Positions 26,573-35,640 of a DNA stretch of 42,225 nt are shown here, piece after piece. The stretch is from the IMG/VR virus record IMGVR_UViG_3300020045_013646, positions 1 through 42,225 of that record. One strand, 5' to 3'. Source of the DNA: a virus. Its lineage: Duplodnaviria > Caudoviricetes. Within the stretch, counting starts at the first letter, position 1. Each line of letters begins with the position of its first letter. The notes under the pieces were generated by a model. That model was given only the letters and a program-made list of their open reading frames with translations, had not been told where the DNA came from and made no database searches. A program made the translations under genes and the position numbers.

Positions 26573-27465
26573 GGCATATACCTCCCAATAACGGCTAATG
26601 CTGGGAGAATTTCATCCAGTTTAAAATTGAGACCAGAAATTGTATTATTGGCTGTCTCAATCTGCAAACCAAGACCCGATATGGTCTGATTTGACTCTTC
26701 AACTTGCTTAGTAAGATCCACTATTTTGGTTGTATAGGGTGTCACATCAACATTGGGCACGAGCCGAAGTGCATCAAACATCTTACTAGCTGTAGCTGCA
26801 TCAACAATACCAGTCTGAGGAAGACCTACGTTCCCTTGAAAGATTTTGGTAGCATCTTCGGTGTCACCACCAAACCAATCATCAGCCCCATCTTCACCAA
26901 CACTAATTCCAAGTTTGAGAAGAGCTTCCTGCCAAGGCTTAACAAAGCCTGTATACTTATCACCAATTTTAATCACGTCTTCACCCTCCGGAGTTATATA
27001 CTCAATCAAATGACAGTAGGCCCATAGATCCCATCCATTCCCAGCAAGAACTGTACGAACGACACCATAAGCAATACCTTTTGCCTCAATAACATTTCCA
27101 TTTCCTTCTGACACACCAACATGACCAATGGATCCATCATTGTCATATTTAAAGACTAATATTCCTGGAATATGATCAGGAATACTACCAATTGATCCTT
27201 TTCTTGTAGCTCTGAGATAATATCCAGAGGCGTTAAGATCTACGCCGAGATATAAATCAATCAAACCAGAACAATCGGTTGCCCATTGACCAATTAACTG
27301 TCGGCATTTTGAAATATAAGTCGATGTATAAACTCTGGGGTATTGTCTGGCTTTCTGTTGAATGATCGTTTCGGTTACGATACCCGTAAAACCAAACATA
27401 TATCTGGCACCAATTTTACTAATACAATGTGTTACTAGACCTATGTTATTTAACAAACTGTCCAC
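26569..27465 (-). CDS. endolysin: NlpC/P60 peptidase, PG-binding domain and coiled coil
   Basis: DCSGL, GHVGV, VIEAKG; WQEALL..GADDWFG..T..FQ..GL..TGIVD. Confidence 0.85.
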   Translation of the reverse strand: MDSLLNNIGLVTHCISKIGARYMFGFTGIVTETIIQQKARQYPRVYTSTYISKCRQLIGQWATDCSGLIDLYLGVDLNASGYYLRATRKGSIGSIPDHIPGILVFKYDNDGSIGHVGVSEGNGNVIEAKGIAYGVVRTVLAGNGWDLWAYCHLIEYITPEGEDVIKIGDKYTGFVKPWQEALLKLGISVGEDGADDWFGGDTEDATKIFQGNVGLPQTGIVDAATASKMFDALRLVPNVDVTPYTTKIVDLTKQVEESNQTISGLGLQIETANNTISGLNFKLDEILPALAVIGRYMP

Positions 27466-27619
27466 CAGCCTTTGCTTCGCTTATATCGGAGTCTTTATTT
27501 TTGGCATACTCATCAACACAATCAGGACAAACAACATCACTATCTGATGGCAACGTCTGTCCATAAAATCCTTGCCCACATATATCACATGTAAAGAAGT
27601 TAAAATTTCGATGCATCAT
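27446..27619 (-). CDS. 57-aa Zn-finger peptide (not in ORF track)
   Basis: CDICG...CPDC; GAAAGGA RBS. Confidence 0.55.
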   Translation of the reverse strand: MMHRNFNFFTCDICGQGFYGQTLPSDSDVVCPDCVDEYAKNKDSDISEAKAGGQFVK

Positions 27620-27627
27620 CTAGTTGT

Positions 27628-28170
27628 CTATCCTTTCGTGTTATTCTGAGAACGACGAGCTTGATTTAGGGCGGCTCGTTGTGAAAGTGCTTCTTTACGA
27701 CCCTGTTTCTTTGGGGGTTGATTCTTAATATTACAAACCTTTATAAAAGTTAATAAGCGATTGAGATGCCATTTTTGGCAATCCATAGGAATTGTTAAGG
27801 CCACCATCCAGTAATAAATAAGTTCTGATGTTATTACTTCTCGTGTCTTGGATTGAGTCTTGGGCTCATTAAACCATGTAGCGGTCATCTGCTTATTAAT
27901 ATAATCGTCAACGGTAACAAAAACTTCCTGGGGCATATGCATATATACTTCAGGTTTGACATTCTGGGTGATTGTCATACACTTGATATAATCGATAGTC
28001 TCTTCGGTCGTCTTTGTGGTGGTTGTCAAAAATGGTTTACACCAATTTGCTTCCCATTTGGAAAGAGAGACGAGAGAGTGTTCAAGTTGCAGCGTTTCTT
28101 TCTTATAAATGGTAAAGGTCTGTGTATCATTATCAAAGAATTCACGTTCTGGTATTTCTAGTTGTAACAC
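27628..28170 (-). CDS. tail assembly chaperone-like protein
   Basis: LEHSLVSLSKWE, TSELIYYWM, WHLNRLL. Confidence 0.75.
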   Translation of the reverse strand: MLQLEIPEREFFDNDTQTFTIYKKETLQLEHSLVSLSKWEANWCKPFLTTTTKTTEETIDYIKCMTITQNVKPEVYMHMPQEVFVTVDDYINKQMTATWFNEPKTQSKTREVITSELIYYWMVALTIPMDCQKWHLNRLLTFIKVCNIKNQPPKKQGRKEALSQRAALNQARRSQNNTKG

Positions 28171-28306
28171 TCTCTCGCTCCGCCTCCTTCTTCTTTAGTG
28201 GGCAATTGTTAGCCACACAATGAGAATATCCATTTTGATATTGTATCAGTTGACAGTATCCCTTCTTTAAAAGGCACCATCCCAAGGAGTAACCTCCTCG
28301 TCTTGA

Positions 28307-28675
28307 TTATTTTTCTTCGATCTGGGGTATAATTCCTTTAATAAAGTTTGAAGCCGCATCAGCATCTGTAGCCAACTCCATAAAGAGTTCACTATAGGCT
28401 TCCGTTTGGGTAAAGGCATCAACGAGTTCTTTATTTTTGATAAATCGCTTTCCATCAAGAGATTTCTCACCATAAGATTTCATGATGATATCCTTAAACA
28501 TATCAACAATCTTCTCACTATTTTGTTCGGCAACGATTTTCTTAAGAAATTCACTCATGCCGCCAGAAACACGCATTTCCATTTCCATAACTTCAGCTTT
28601 TGAAAGATTAAAGTAAAAATCTTCCGTTCGTTCATTATTATTAAAGTCTGTGTATTTGATTGTCTTCTTAAGCAT
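28307..28675 (-). CDS. tail assembly chaperone
   Basis: MLKKTIKYTDFN..EDFYFNL..SYGEKS.DGKRF. Confidence 0.8.
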   Translation of the reverse strand: MLKKTIKYTDFNNNERTEDFYFNLSKAEVMEMEMRVSGGMSEFLKKIVAEQNSEKIVDMFKDIIMKSYGEKSLDGKRFIKNKELVDAFTQTEAYSELFMELATDADAASNFIKGIIPQIEEK

Positions 28676-28701
28676 AGTGCTTTCTCCTATCAAGATGTGT
28701 G

Positions 28702-28736
28702 AAAAGAGGAGCTCCCATATTTCAGAGAGCCCCTCT
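28702..28736 (-). terminator. terminator after the major tail gene
   Basis: AGAGGGGCTCTC..GGGAGCTCCTCT-TTT. Confidence 0.7.
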
Positions 28737-28743
28737 AGGCCGA

Positions 28744-29703
28744 TTAAGCAACAGTCATGAAGTTCTTGACAACTGCGTCAAGCGACTGCCCATAGATGTC
28801 CACAACACCAGCAATGGTGACAATGTACACTGTGGAGTTGTCGAGATTGGAAGTCGGGTTGAAGGTAAGGATCTTTCCAGCCACGTCCCAGGTCTTAGCG
28901 CCAGCAATGAGAGTACCGTCAGCCTCAGCAACAACAATGGATTCCTTAGAAATCTTGTTGTTGAAGGTCAGGACGATATTGGAAGCAACTGCAACATCCA
29001 CCGCATCGTCAAGAGGAGCGATGCTGGACAGAACAAGGGCTGAAGGTGCAGCTTCTGTGAAGATAGCAGCAATAGCATCAGGCAGAGGCAGATAAGGATC
29101 TGCTCCGACCGTACCATAGAGAATATCTTCCAGGGTGGCCAATTTGACCGGGTCGACTTTGGTCGAGTCAATGACCAGAGAGGCTGTGGGTTTCTTGCCC
29201 GTGACTGAGACAGGGGTAGTTGTCACTTCCCATGAGAAAGTGATGGCTTCCGGGGAGTCATTGATCGTGGCATAGGCTTTCTCGGAAGGAGCGGCCAGAG
29301 CACCATAGATGATATGGAGTTTATAGCCATAGTCATTGCCATCCACGTCATTACCAAGCGTTGTCTTGTAAGCCAAACCAAACGCTGAACGCTTCTGCTG
29401 ACCAATAATAACACCAACAGCCAGAGCCGCAGTGCCATCACAGACAGCAAATTCATCAGGATAGGTATAGGCTTCGATGGTGGCGCCGAATTCTTCAGCG
29501 GAGACCAGATTCAGATATTTGATGTCATCGGCGTAAATAGGAGAGGCTTCAGCACCACTCGGGCTCTCGGTAACAGCGGTCAGGCCATTCCAAGCGACAC
29601 CAAGAGGATATGCACCGACATTATTCTGCGGATACACGACGCCCTGCTTTACGCCAGTCTCGTATGTTCTTTCACCGACTGCGTCCCAAACAAGTTTAGT
29701 CAT
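28744..29703 (-). CDS. major tail protein with C-terminal Ig-like (Big_5) domain
   Basis: WDAVGERTYETGV, WNGLTAV.ESPSGAE; C-terminal IVLTFN..LTFNP..L. Confidence 0.9.
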   Translation of the reverse strand: MTKLVWDAVGERTYETGVKQGVVYPQNNVGAYPLGVAWNGLTAVTESPSGAEASPIYADDIKYLNLVSAEEFGATIEAYTYPDEFAVCDGTAALAVGVIIGQQKRSAFGLAYKTTLGNDVDGNDYGYKLHIIYGALAAPSEKAYATINDSPEAITFSWEVTTTPVSVTGKKPTASLVIDSTKVDPVKLATLEDILYGTVGADPYLPLPDAIAAIFTEAAPSALVLSSIAPLDDAVDVAVASNIVLTFNNKISKESIVVAEADGTLIAGAKTWDVAGKILTFNPTSNLDNSTVYIVTIAGVVDIYGQSLDAVVKNFMTVA

Positions 29704-29716
29704 TTACGGGTCCTCC

Positions 29717-30019
29717 TTAATAATAAATATTGAAAATGTCATGATTAAGATTGTCTTTTGCATAATGTCGAACAAACTTACACAAAGGCAACGCCAATAG
29801 TTGTTCCAGAATTGAACTATTTGGATTTGGGTCAATTACTGTCACACTATAACTGACGGTATGATTATACATCATGTTGTTTGCGTACTTCATATCGATA
29901 TCATTGCGTTCATAACGAATACAAGGATACTCCATTATTAGATTACTTGGGGGTTGAAAGTAGACATTTGCTACTCCAAGAGCCAAGAAAAGTTCCTGCA
30001 AATCAAGTTGTGACTTCAT
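29717..30019 (-). CDS. tail terminator
   Basis: VYFQPP..YPCI, DNLNHD. Confidence 0.8.
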   Translation of the reverse strand: MKSQLDLQELFLALGVANVYFQPPSNLIMEYPCIRYERNDIDMKYANNMMYNHTVSYSVTVIDPNPNSSILEQLLALPLCKFVRHYAKDNLNHDIFNIYY

Positions 30020-30020
30020 C

Positions 30021-30356
30021 TTAAGTACCTCCTACTGGTTTAGGACCATTGTAGATCCCTCCAATAGTAAGAAGGAGGCGGGGCCTCTGTACGTCCACCG
30101 AAGTGATTTTCCAGAAGGCCCCCATCCACTTGATATACCGCATAGATTGAAAGTTAGAATAAGCAAAAGGGTCTGCTATAATACTTAGTCGATTGTCGAT
30201 CGTGAGATTGTCATTTAGACTCTCTCCTTCTTTAGTTCGACTCATGTTCTTAATAACATCCCCATAATAGTTATACTCAGTCATAACATCGACCCATACA
30301 CCCTTGGAAGCCTCGGTCATCTTGGCATAGCCAATTGGTCCGTAGAACTTAGCCAT
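30021..30356 (-). CDS. head-tail stopper
   Basis: MAKFYG.IGY, ADPFA, PRLLLT.GG.YNG. Confidence 0.8.
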   Translation of the reverse strand: MAKFYGPIGYAKMTEASKGVWVDVMTEYNYYGDVIKNMSRTKEGESLNDNLTIDNRLSIIADPFAYSNFQSMRYIKWMGAFWKITSVDVQRPRLLLTIGGIYNGPKPVGGT

Positions 30357-30388
30357 GGATTTGACCTCCCATTTTGAGGTTTAAGTGA

Positions 30389-32230
30389 TTAGGCCGCAGG
30401 GAGCTCCTCAATGACGATGGCCGACTTGTACATGGTCAGCGCACCAGAGGCACGGGTCTCGATCAGGTACTTGTACTGGTTGTAATCGATGTCAAAGTCA
30501 TCAAACATCGCAACCTGGCCACCCTTATCGGCGCCAACGGTATAGTCTTTCAGGTTAACGATGATGCCCAGGATCGGGAATTCATCATCACCGGAAACGC
30601 GAACGGCAGAATTCATCTGTTCAACTTCGACGATCTTGCCAACGCGGAGAACGGATGCCAGTTCGTCAATGGTCTTGTACAGACGATGCTCAAACTGGTC
30701 TTTCAGGAGAAGCATTTCGGTCAACAGGTCAGTTCCAACAAAGAAGGAAGGAACGCCAGAACCCTTGTAGTATTTGCGGGAACGGATAATCTCGTCGATG
30801 ATATCATCGATGGGCATCGCGGCCGCAACCTGAACACGCTGTACAAAGACAGACGGATCATCGGTAGCGATAGGACGGATGTTCTGCTCATTGATCTTGT
30901 CTTCATGTCCGATGCTACGACCGTCGCCGATCAGGATAGCACGAGCAAGTTCTTCATTGAGCATTGTGCGCATTTCGGCCTTCAGCCAGACAACAACATC
31001 AAAATCGGTGATATCAACCATGTCATCACGATCAAGTTTCTGCTTTTTGTAGATCGTTGTAGGAGTGGTCGAACGCTTCATCAGCGTAATGACTTCTTCC
31101 TTCTTCAGGCTACCAGTAACATAGCCCTTGGCACGAGCTTCGTCGGCTGTGATGTCGGCAAAGCGGGTACGGATGCGGGAGAAGGGGGTCTTGTTAACGC
31201 CGGCAAGGACGGTATCAACCCAGGTCATGTCGCGACTAATTGTCGCAGGAGCGCCACCGTTTACATCTTTGACTTCGGGGAACAGATCGCCGATCGGGTC
31301 AAAGCCATAGTCAACGGCATGAGCAATGAAGCTCTCTTTCAGAGAACCATAGCGCTTGGCATCCGTCACGATCGTGGAAAGCTGGTCATGGGTCAGGGTC
31401 TTTCTTTCCTGGGACTGAGTGCTCTTATCAAAAACGTTGTTTTTCATGCTTGTATCTCCTTCTGTATTTGAGTGTTTTGCTTCTTCGTCTGGGAGTTTGG
31501 TTGCTTCATGAACCAAGTAGTAAACGACCTTTTTCTGTTCTTCGCTCAGGGTATCAAAGACATCTTGAACTGTTTTGTCTTCCGTTTTATCGGCATGTTC
31601 AAGCTCCTCTTTTGTCTCGGGAATAACCTCGGTTACAGGCATGGCCTTCTCCTTAATAGCTTGCTCAATCATCGAGTGGACAAGAGCCTTCTGCTCCTCG
31701 GTAAACCCATCAAGAGATTGGGGCGCTTCAGCCTCAGTTGTTGGGGTTTCCTCTTCGTCTCCATGACTCAAATGAAGACCAGTATAGATTATAGCTTCAC
31801 TATCATCTTGTTCTGTCGAGCCGTCATTATGAGCGAAGCTAATATGCTCGATGACTGCCCCTTCATTAGCGCCAGCAAGAACAAGACTAACCTCACGAAT
31901 GCTACCATGCATCACTTTCTTAGATTTCTCCTGAAGTTGATTGGCATAGATGGACAATGCAGAGATATCGCCATGTTCAACGAGGGCTTTTCCCTGTTTT
32001 CCCTGTTCAGTATCATTAAAGGTACCATAACAATAGACGCCATCTTCTCGGTTTTCGAGTATGGCATGACCAAGAATATTTGTCGGGTCATTGTGGAGAT
32101 GCTGCCAGACCAATGGGACTTTAAGACCATCTTGATGCTTAAATGCATCTTTCAAGATAGTTCGCCCATCTGTGCACGTTAGTCCGGCTTTAGTAGCATA
32201 GCCACTAAAATCAAACTTAGTATTTTTCAT
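30389..32230 (-). CDS. prohead protease / major capsid fusion
   Basis: DFSGYAT, VPLVWQH, IREVSLVLAGAN protease; HK97-type capsid EELARAIL.GDG. Confidence 0.9.
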   Translation of the reverse strand: MKNTKFDFSGYATKAGLTCTDGRTILKDAFKHQDGLKVPLVWQHLHNDPTNILGHAILENREDGVYCYGTFNDTEQGKQGKALVEHGDISALSIYANQLQEKSKKVMHGSIREVSLVLAGANEGAVIEHISFAHNDGSTEQDDSEAIIYTGLHLSHGDEEETPTTEAEAPQSLDGFTEEQKALVHSMIEQAIKEKAMPVTEVIPETKEELEHADKTEDKTVQDVFDTLSEEQKKVVYYLVHEATKLPDEEAKHSNTEGDTSMKNNVFDKSTQSQERKTLTHDQLSTIVTDAKRYGSLKESFIAHAVDYGFDPIGDLFPEVKDVNGGAPATISRDMTWVDTVLAGVNKTPFSRIRTRFADITADEARAKGYVTGSLKKEEVITLMKRSTTPTTIYKKQKLDRDDMVDITDFDVVVWLKAEMRTMLNEELARAILIGDGRSIGHEDKINEQNIRPIATDDPSVFVQRVQVAAAMPIDDIIDEIIRSRKYYKGSGVPSFFVGTDLLTEMLLLKDQFEHRLYKTIDELASVLRVGKIVEVEQMNSAVRVSGDDEFPILGIIVNLKDYTVGADKGGQVAMFDDFDIDYNQYKYLIETRASGALTMYKSAIVIEELPAA

Positions 32231-32873
32231 TAGTTATACCCCATTTCTTGTACTGCGACTCCTTAAGAAGTTTTTTAGATTGTTCCGCCTGTTCTTTCTC
32301 ATATTTTTCACGAATTCGTTTTTGAGCCTCGTCATATGAATCTTTAGCGTCTGCAACTTTCTCCTTTAGAGCCGATAGTGCAGCTTTTTTCTTGGTTGAT
32401 TTTGATTTGGTTACAGTCTTTGGTGTGACTTGCTGTGCTGCATAAATCTTCTCAAATTTAGCATCATATTCCCGAATAATCTTAATCATTTCCCGATCTC
32501 GATTTGGTCCTGGTGGTACAGCATCGAGTTTTGCTTGTTTTTCTTTTTCGAGATTAAGTCGCTCGGCAATATATTTAGCATTTTGTTTCCCGGACTCAGA
32601 CTGACCTTTATCTGCAAGCTTATTCCGAAGAGCTGTCCCTTTGGCTTTCAGGGCTTCCGTTTTTGGACTTGTAACGGAAACAGAGGCGGCCGCGGGAGCA
32701 GGAGCTTCGCTAACCTTAGCACTTTCAGTTGGAGCTGTTTTGTCAGTGGTCCATTTGATGTCGGAATCGGTTGAGTCTGCTGCTTCTTTTCGCCCTTTTA
32801 ATTCGCGAACTTTCAGATAATACTCATGTGCCTTAACTGGATCATAGTCTTCATGAATTAATGTTTTACTCAT
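32217..32873 (-). CDS. basic hypothetical head-region protein
   Basis: YDPVKAHEYY..RELKGR. Confidence 0.7.
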   Translation of the reverse strand: MSKTLIHEDYDPVKAHEYYLKVRELKGRKEAADSTDSDIKWTTDKTAPTESAKVSEAPAPAAASVSVTSPKTEALKAKGTALRNKLADKGQSESGKQNAKYIAERLNLEKEKQAKLDAVPPGPNRDREMIKIIREYDAKFEKIYAAQQVTPKTVTKSKSTKKKAALSALKEKVADAKDSYDEAQKRIREKYEKEQAEQSKKLLKESQYKKWGITNEKY

Positions 32874-34182
32874 CTTCCTCGTCCTCGGCTAGCAAAGCAT
32901 CAATATCCGCATCCAATCCATCAAGAATCCCATTCATTTCGGAATCTTGTTCGTCAAAAGCGGCGGTTGATGAATCTGGAGTAGTTGGCGCTGCTCCAAG
33001 ACCAGCAGAAGGCATATTACGATTAGCAAGTTCATCAGATTTCGGGTTCTTATCGGGCTTGTATCCAATAATTGAACGCACATCATTAGGAGATAGAATC
33101 TCATTTCTAGTAAATTTATCAGCAATTTCAGCAAGGTCTTTCGCGGGAACAAGACTAAATACGTCTTTGAAATACATGATAGATTGACCTTGAGATCTGG
33201 CTGTTTTAGTTAGAAATTTACGCTTAAACTCGTCAATGATGGCTGTAATGATCGGAATTATGGTTCGATTATTATAATTCAACATCGCTGCTTCGTCCGC
33301 TTTACCATTAAAAACTTCTTCAGTCAGTCCTAACTGGCTATATAGCATACTCGTTAGATACTGAATTTGAGCCATAAGGTTGTTCTCAGCAGGGCGATTT
33401 AGTTGAGTTATACGTTCTGTTCCATCGGTATAGGCAATACCATACTTAGATCCTGAAAGTTGTAGTTCAATATCCTTACGACGATCCTCAGCTTGCTGTC
33501 TACGTGCTTCGGTCTTGATAACATATGGTAACTGAATAATCAAATCCAATTTACCAGCCCCACTTTGCTCATCAATTGCATCTAGAATTGAGAGTTTGCG
33601 AAGCAAGCGTTTAAGCGTGCCATTTGGCTCATTCATTATGGCATATAGAGGATTCTCAATGATAGCGACACGACTCTTAGGAAGAATTAGTTCTTCATGT
33701 AGACCCGTTTGGTCATTATAAAGTCTAACTCGAACGTTTTTTGGAAACCATTCAACAATTCGGCCAGTTCGACAACTCTCAATCTGAAAAGCTTCTGTAA
33801 TTTTTGGATCTTTGCTTGTCTCGACTGGGACCACTGCAACAACGCCTTCATCAAACATTGACATGACAACATCTTGAATAAAAGCACGACTTGTTTGATC
33901 AATATTAGCTTCTTGAGTTAGAATCCAGTTTAAACTGGAGTCCATTGTCTCCGAAAATCGATCATTGTCATCCAAACGAACATGTTGAATATTAACAGAC
34001 GCAACATCCAAAGCTATTCGACAATATGTCGAAATAATCATTGATCTTTCACTTGTAATATGCATTCTTTGTCTAGCTTGATTATGAGATGAACTATTTC
34101 CGAGATCTCGAACGGGCGTCGGGTCTCGACTTTTAAATGCGTTCCACGCATGTTTGAGTCTATTAGTCATCGTTTCTGGCAT
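32866..34182 (-). CDS. portal protein
   Basis: LKHAWNAF, EANIDQT, LDLIIQLPY, DKFTRNEI; follows TerL. Confidence 0.9.
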   Translation of the reverse strand: MPETMTNRLKHAWNAFKSRDPTPVRDLGNSSSHNQARQRMHITSERSMIISTYCRIALDVASVNIQHVRLDDNDRFSETMDSSLNWILTQEANIDQTSRAFIQDVVMSMFDEGVVAVVPVETSKDPKITEAFQIESCRTGRIVEWFPKNVRVRLYNDQTGLHEELILPKSRVAIIENPLYAIMNEPNGTLKRLLRKLSILDAIDEQSGAGKLDLIIQLPYVIKTEARRQQAEDRRKDIELQLSGSKYGIAYTDGTERITQLNRPAENNLMAQIQYLTSMLYSQLGLTEEVFNGKADEAAMLNYNNRTIIPIITAIIDEFKRKFLTKTARSQGQSIMYFKDVFSLVPAKDLAEIADKFTRNEILSPNDVRSIIGYKPDKNPKSDELANRNMPSAGLGAAPTTPDSSTAAFDEQDSEMNGILDGLDADIDALLAEDEEDE

Positions 34183-34218
34183 CTAAGGACTCCTTTCAAT
34201 TGCTGTTATTTTGAAAAA

Positions 34219-35184
34219 TTAATAGGCAGCACCAAGAGCAATTCGACGCCAATTCTTCTGAGCAACGGTGTTTCCAGCAGCTGCAATATACAGATAGGTT
34301 GCATCAATAAGCAGAGTTCTTCCAACTGCGACGGTTCCATCAATTCCACCACTCAACTCGGTTGCAGCAGCAACAAAGTTACCATTTGCCATTGTCTCAG
34401 CAAGAGTAATGTCATTACCGGCAACACCACCAGCATCAGCGGTAAGAACAACGGTATCACCAGCACCATCGGCAGCACCAACGCCCTGAGTATCCAGAGC
34501 TGTAATAGCGGCAACAAGAGCTGTAACGGCGTTTGCGGCGATGCAGTCTGCACCATTCTCAAGAACAACAGCTGAGAAGACGTTTGTCCCGGCAGAGAAG
34601 GTCTCAGTTGTGGGAATGGCATTGCCAATGGTACCACCAACAAGAGCGGTCAGAGTGCAAACATCGCCAACAAAGGCACTAGCCGTAACTTCGGCACTAG
34701 GATTGTTAAACCCATCAGTACCATTGATTGCGGCGACGGTATTCAGTTTGGCAGCAGCAAGAGAATCACCAACGGAGACTTCGCCTTCGGCATTAGCCGT
34801 GCCAATGGGCACGAATGTATAAACCTTTGTGCCAATCCACATGGTATTGCCCGATGTCGGTTGAGTATCCATGGTTAAGGTGTTGCTCGCTTTGACAGCG
34901 GAAGCTTTGATGTTGACTGCTTTGTTTGTCGGGGCCGTTTTGGTCTGAGCTTCGTCGGTCATGAACTCATAGACATCCGCACCAATAGAAACAGTTTCGC
35001 CATCGACAACTACACCAGTAATCTCAAGAGTCTCCGTTGCGTTGACAGCGTTCACAGGCGTTCCGGTTTGGATTCCTGCTTCAGCAATAAAGGAATGAAG
35101 AATATCCCCAAGGCTAACATCGGCGTCTCTCTGCTGAGAGATCTGGTTAAGGGTCTTTTTCTCTTCGGTTGTAAGTTGATTCAT
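34219..35184 (-). CDS. putative virion structural/decoration protein
   Basis: A/T/G/V-rich, with codon usage like the capsid and tail genes. Confidence 0.6.
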   Translation of the reverse strand: MNQLTTEEKKTLNQISQQRDADVSLGDILHSFIAEAGIQTGTPVNAVNATETLEITGVVVDGETVSIGADVYEFMTDEAQTKTAPTNKAVNIKASAVKASNTLTMDTQPTSGNTMWIGTKVYTFVPIGTANAEGEVSVGDSLAAAKLNTVAAINGTDGFNNPSAEVTASAFVGDVCTLTALVGGTIGNAIPTTETFSAGTNVFSAVVLENGADCIAANAVTALVAAITALDTQGVGAADGAGDTVVLTADAGGVAGNDITLAETMANGNFVAAATELSGGIDGTVAVGRTLLIDATYLYIAAAGNTVAQKNWRRIALGAAY

Positions 35185-35187
35185 TTT

Positions 35188-35625
35188 TTATTCTCCTTTA
35201 TTTTTTACAGTACCATATCTTATACGACCTTCAATTGCCACTGCTTGATTCAGCGATCCACCAAAGGGAAACAGTCCAACTTGATATAGAATAGCCTCCA
35301 CAGCTTTTTCTCCAGATGTAGCATTTCCCTTTTTTAATTCATTAATCATGCGATGCCTATCAATCATGAGTATCTTCTGAGCAATATTTGTTCCATCCTT
35401 GATTCTTTGCCCAATCTCTGCAACCTCTAATGTAGAGGGTAATCTTTTCTTTAGAACCTTAAGTTTTTCATTTTTTCTGGAAGCAGAACCAATTTTTCCT
35501 TTAGACTCTAATTTTTTTACTTTTTCTTCGAGTCTTGAAACTTGTCTGACTTTGCGTTGTCCCCATCTCATACCGGGAACACCAAAGTGATAAATTTCCA
35601 ATTCTTCCTGACTTATAAGCTTCAA
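35188..35625 (-). CDS. HxGxxGMxWG-motif phage protein
   Basis: YHFGVPGMRWG. Confidence 0.7.
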   Translation of the reverse strand: MKLISQEELEIYHFGVPGMRWGQRKVRQVSRLEEKVKKLESKGKIGSASRKNEKLKVLKKRLPSTLEVAEIGQRIKDGTNIAQKILMIDRHRMINELKKGNATSGEKAVEAILYQVGLFPFGGSLNQAVAIEGRIRYGTVKNKGE

Positions 35626-35640
35626 GAAATAACCTCCCTT

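Noticed and set aside
28170-28330. Programmed frameshift joining the tail chaperones
   Set aside because: The genes are ~136 bp apart, the second has its own AAGGAGG RBS, and no clear slippery heptamer was found
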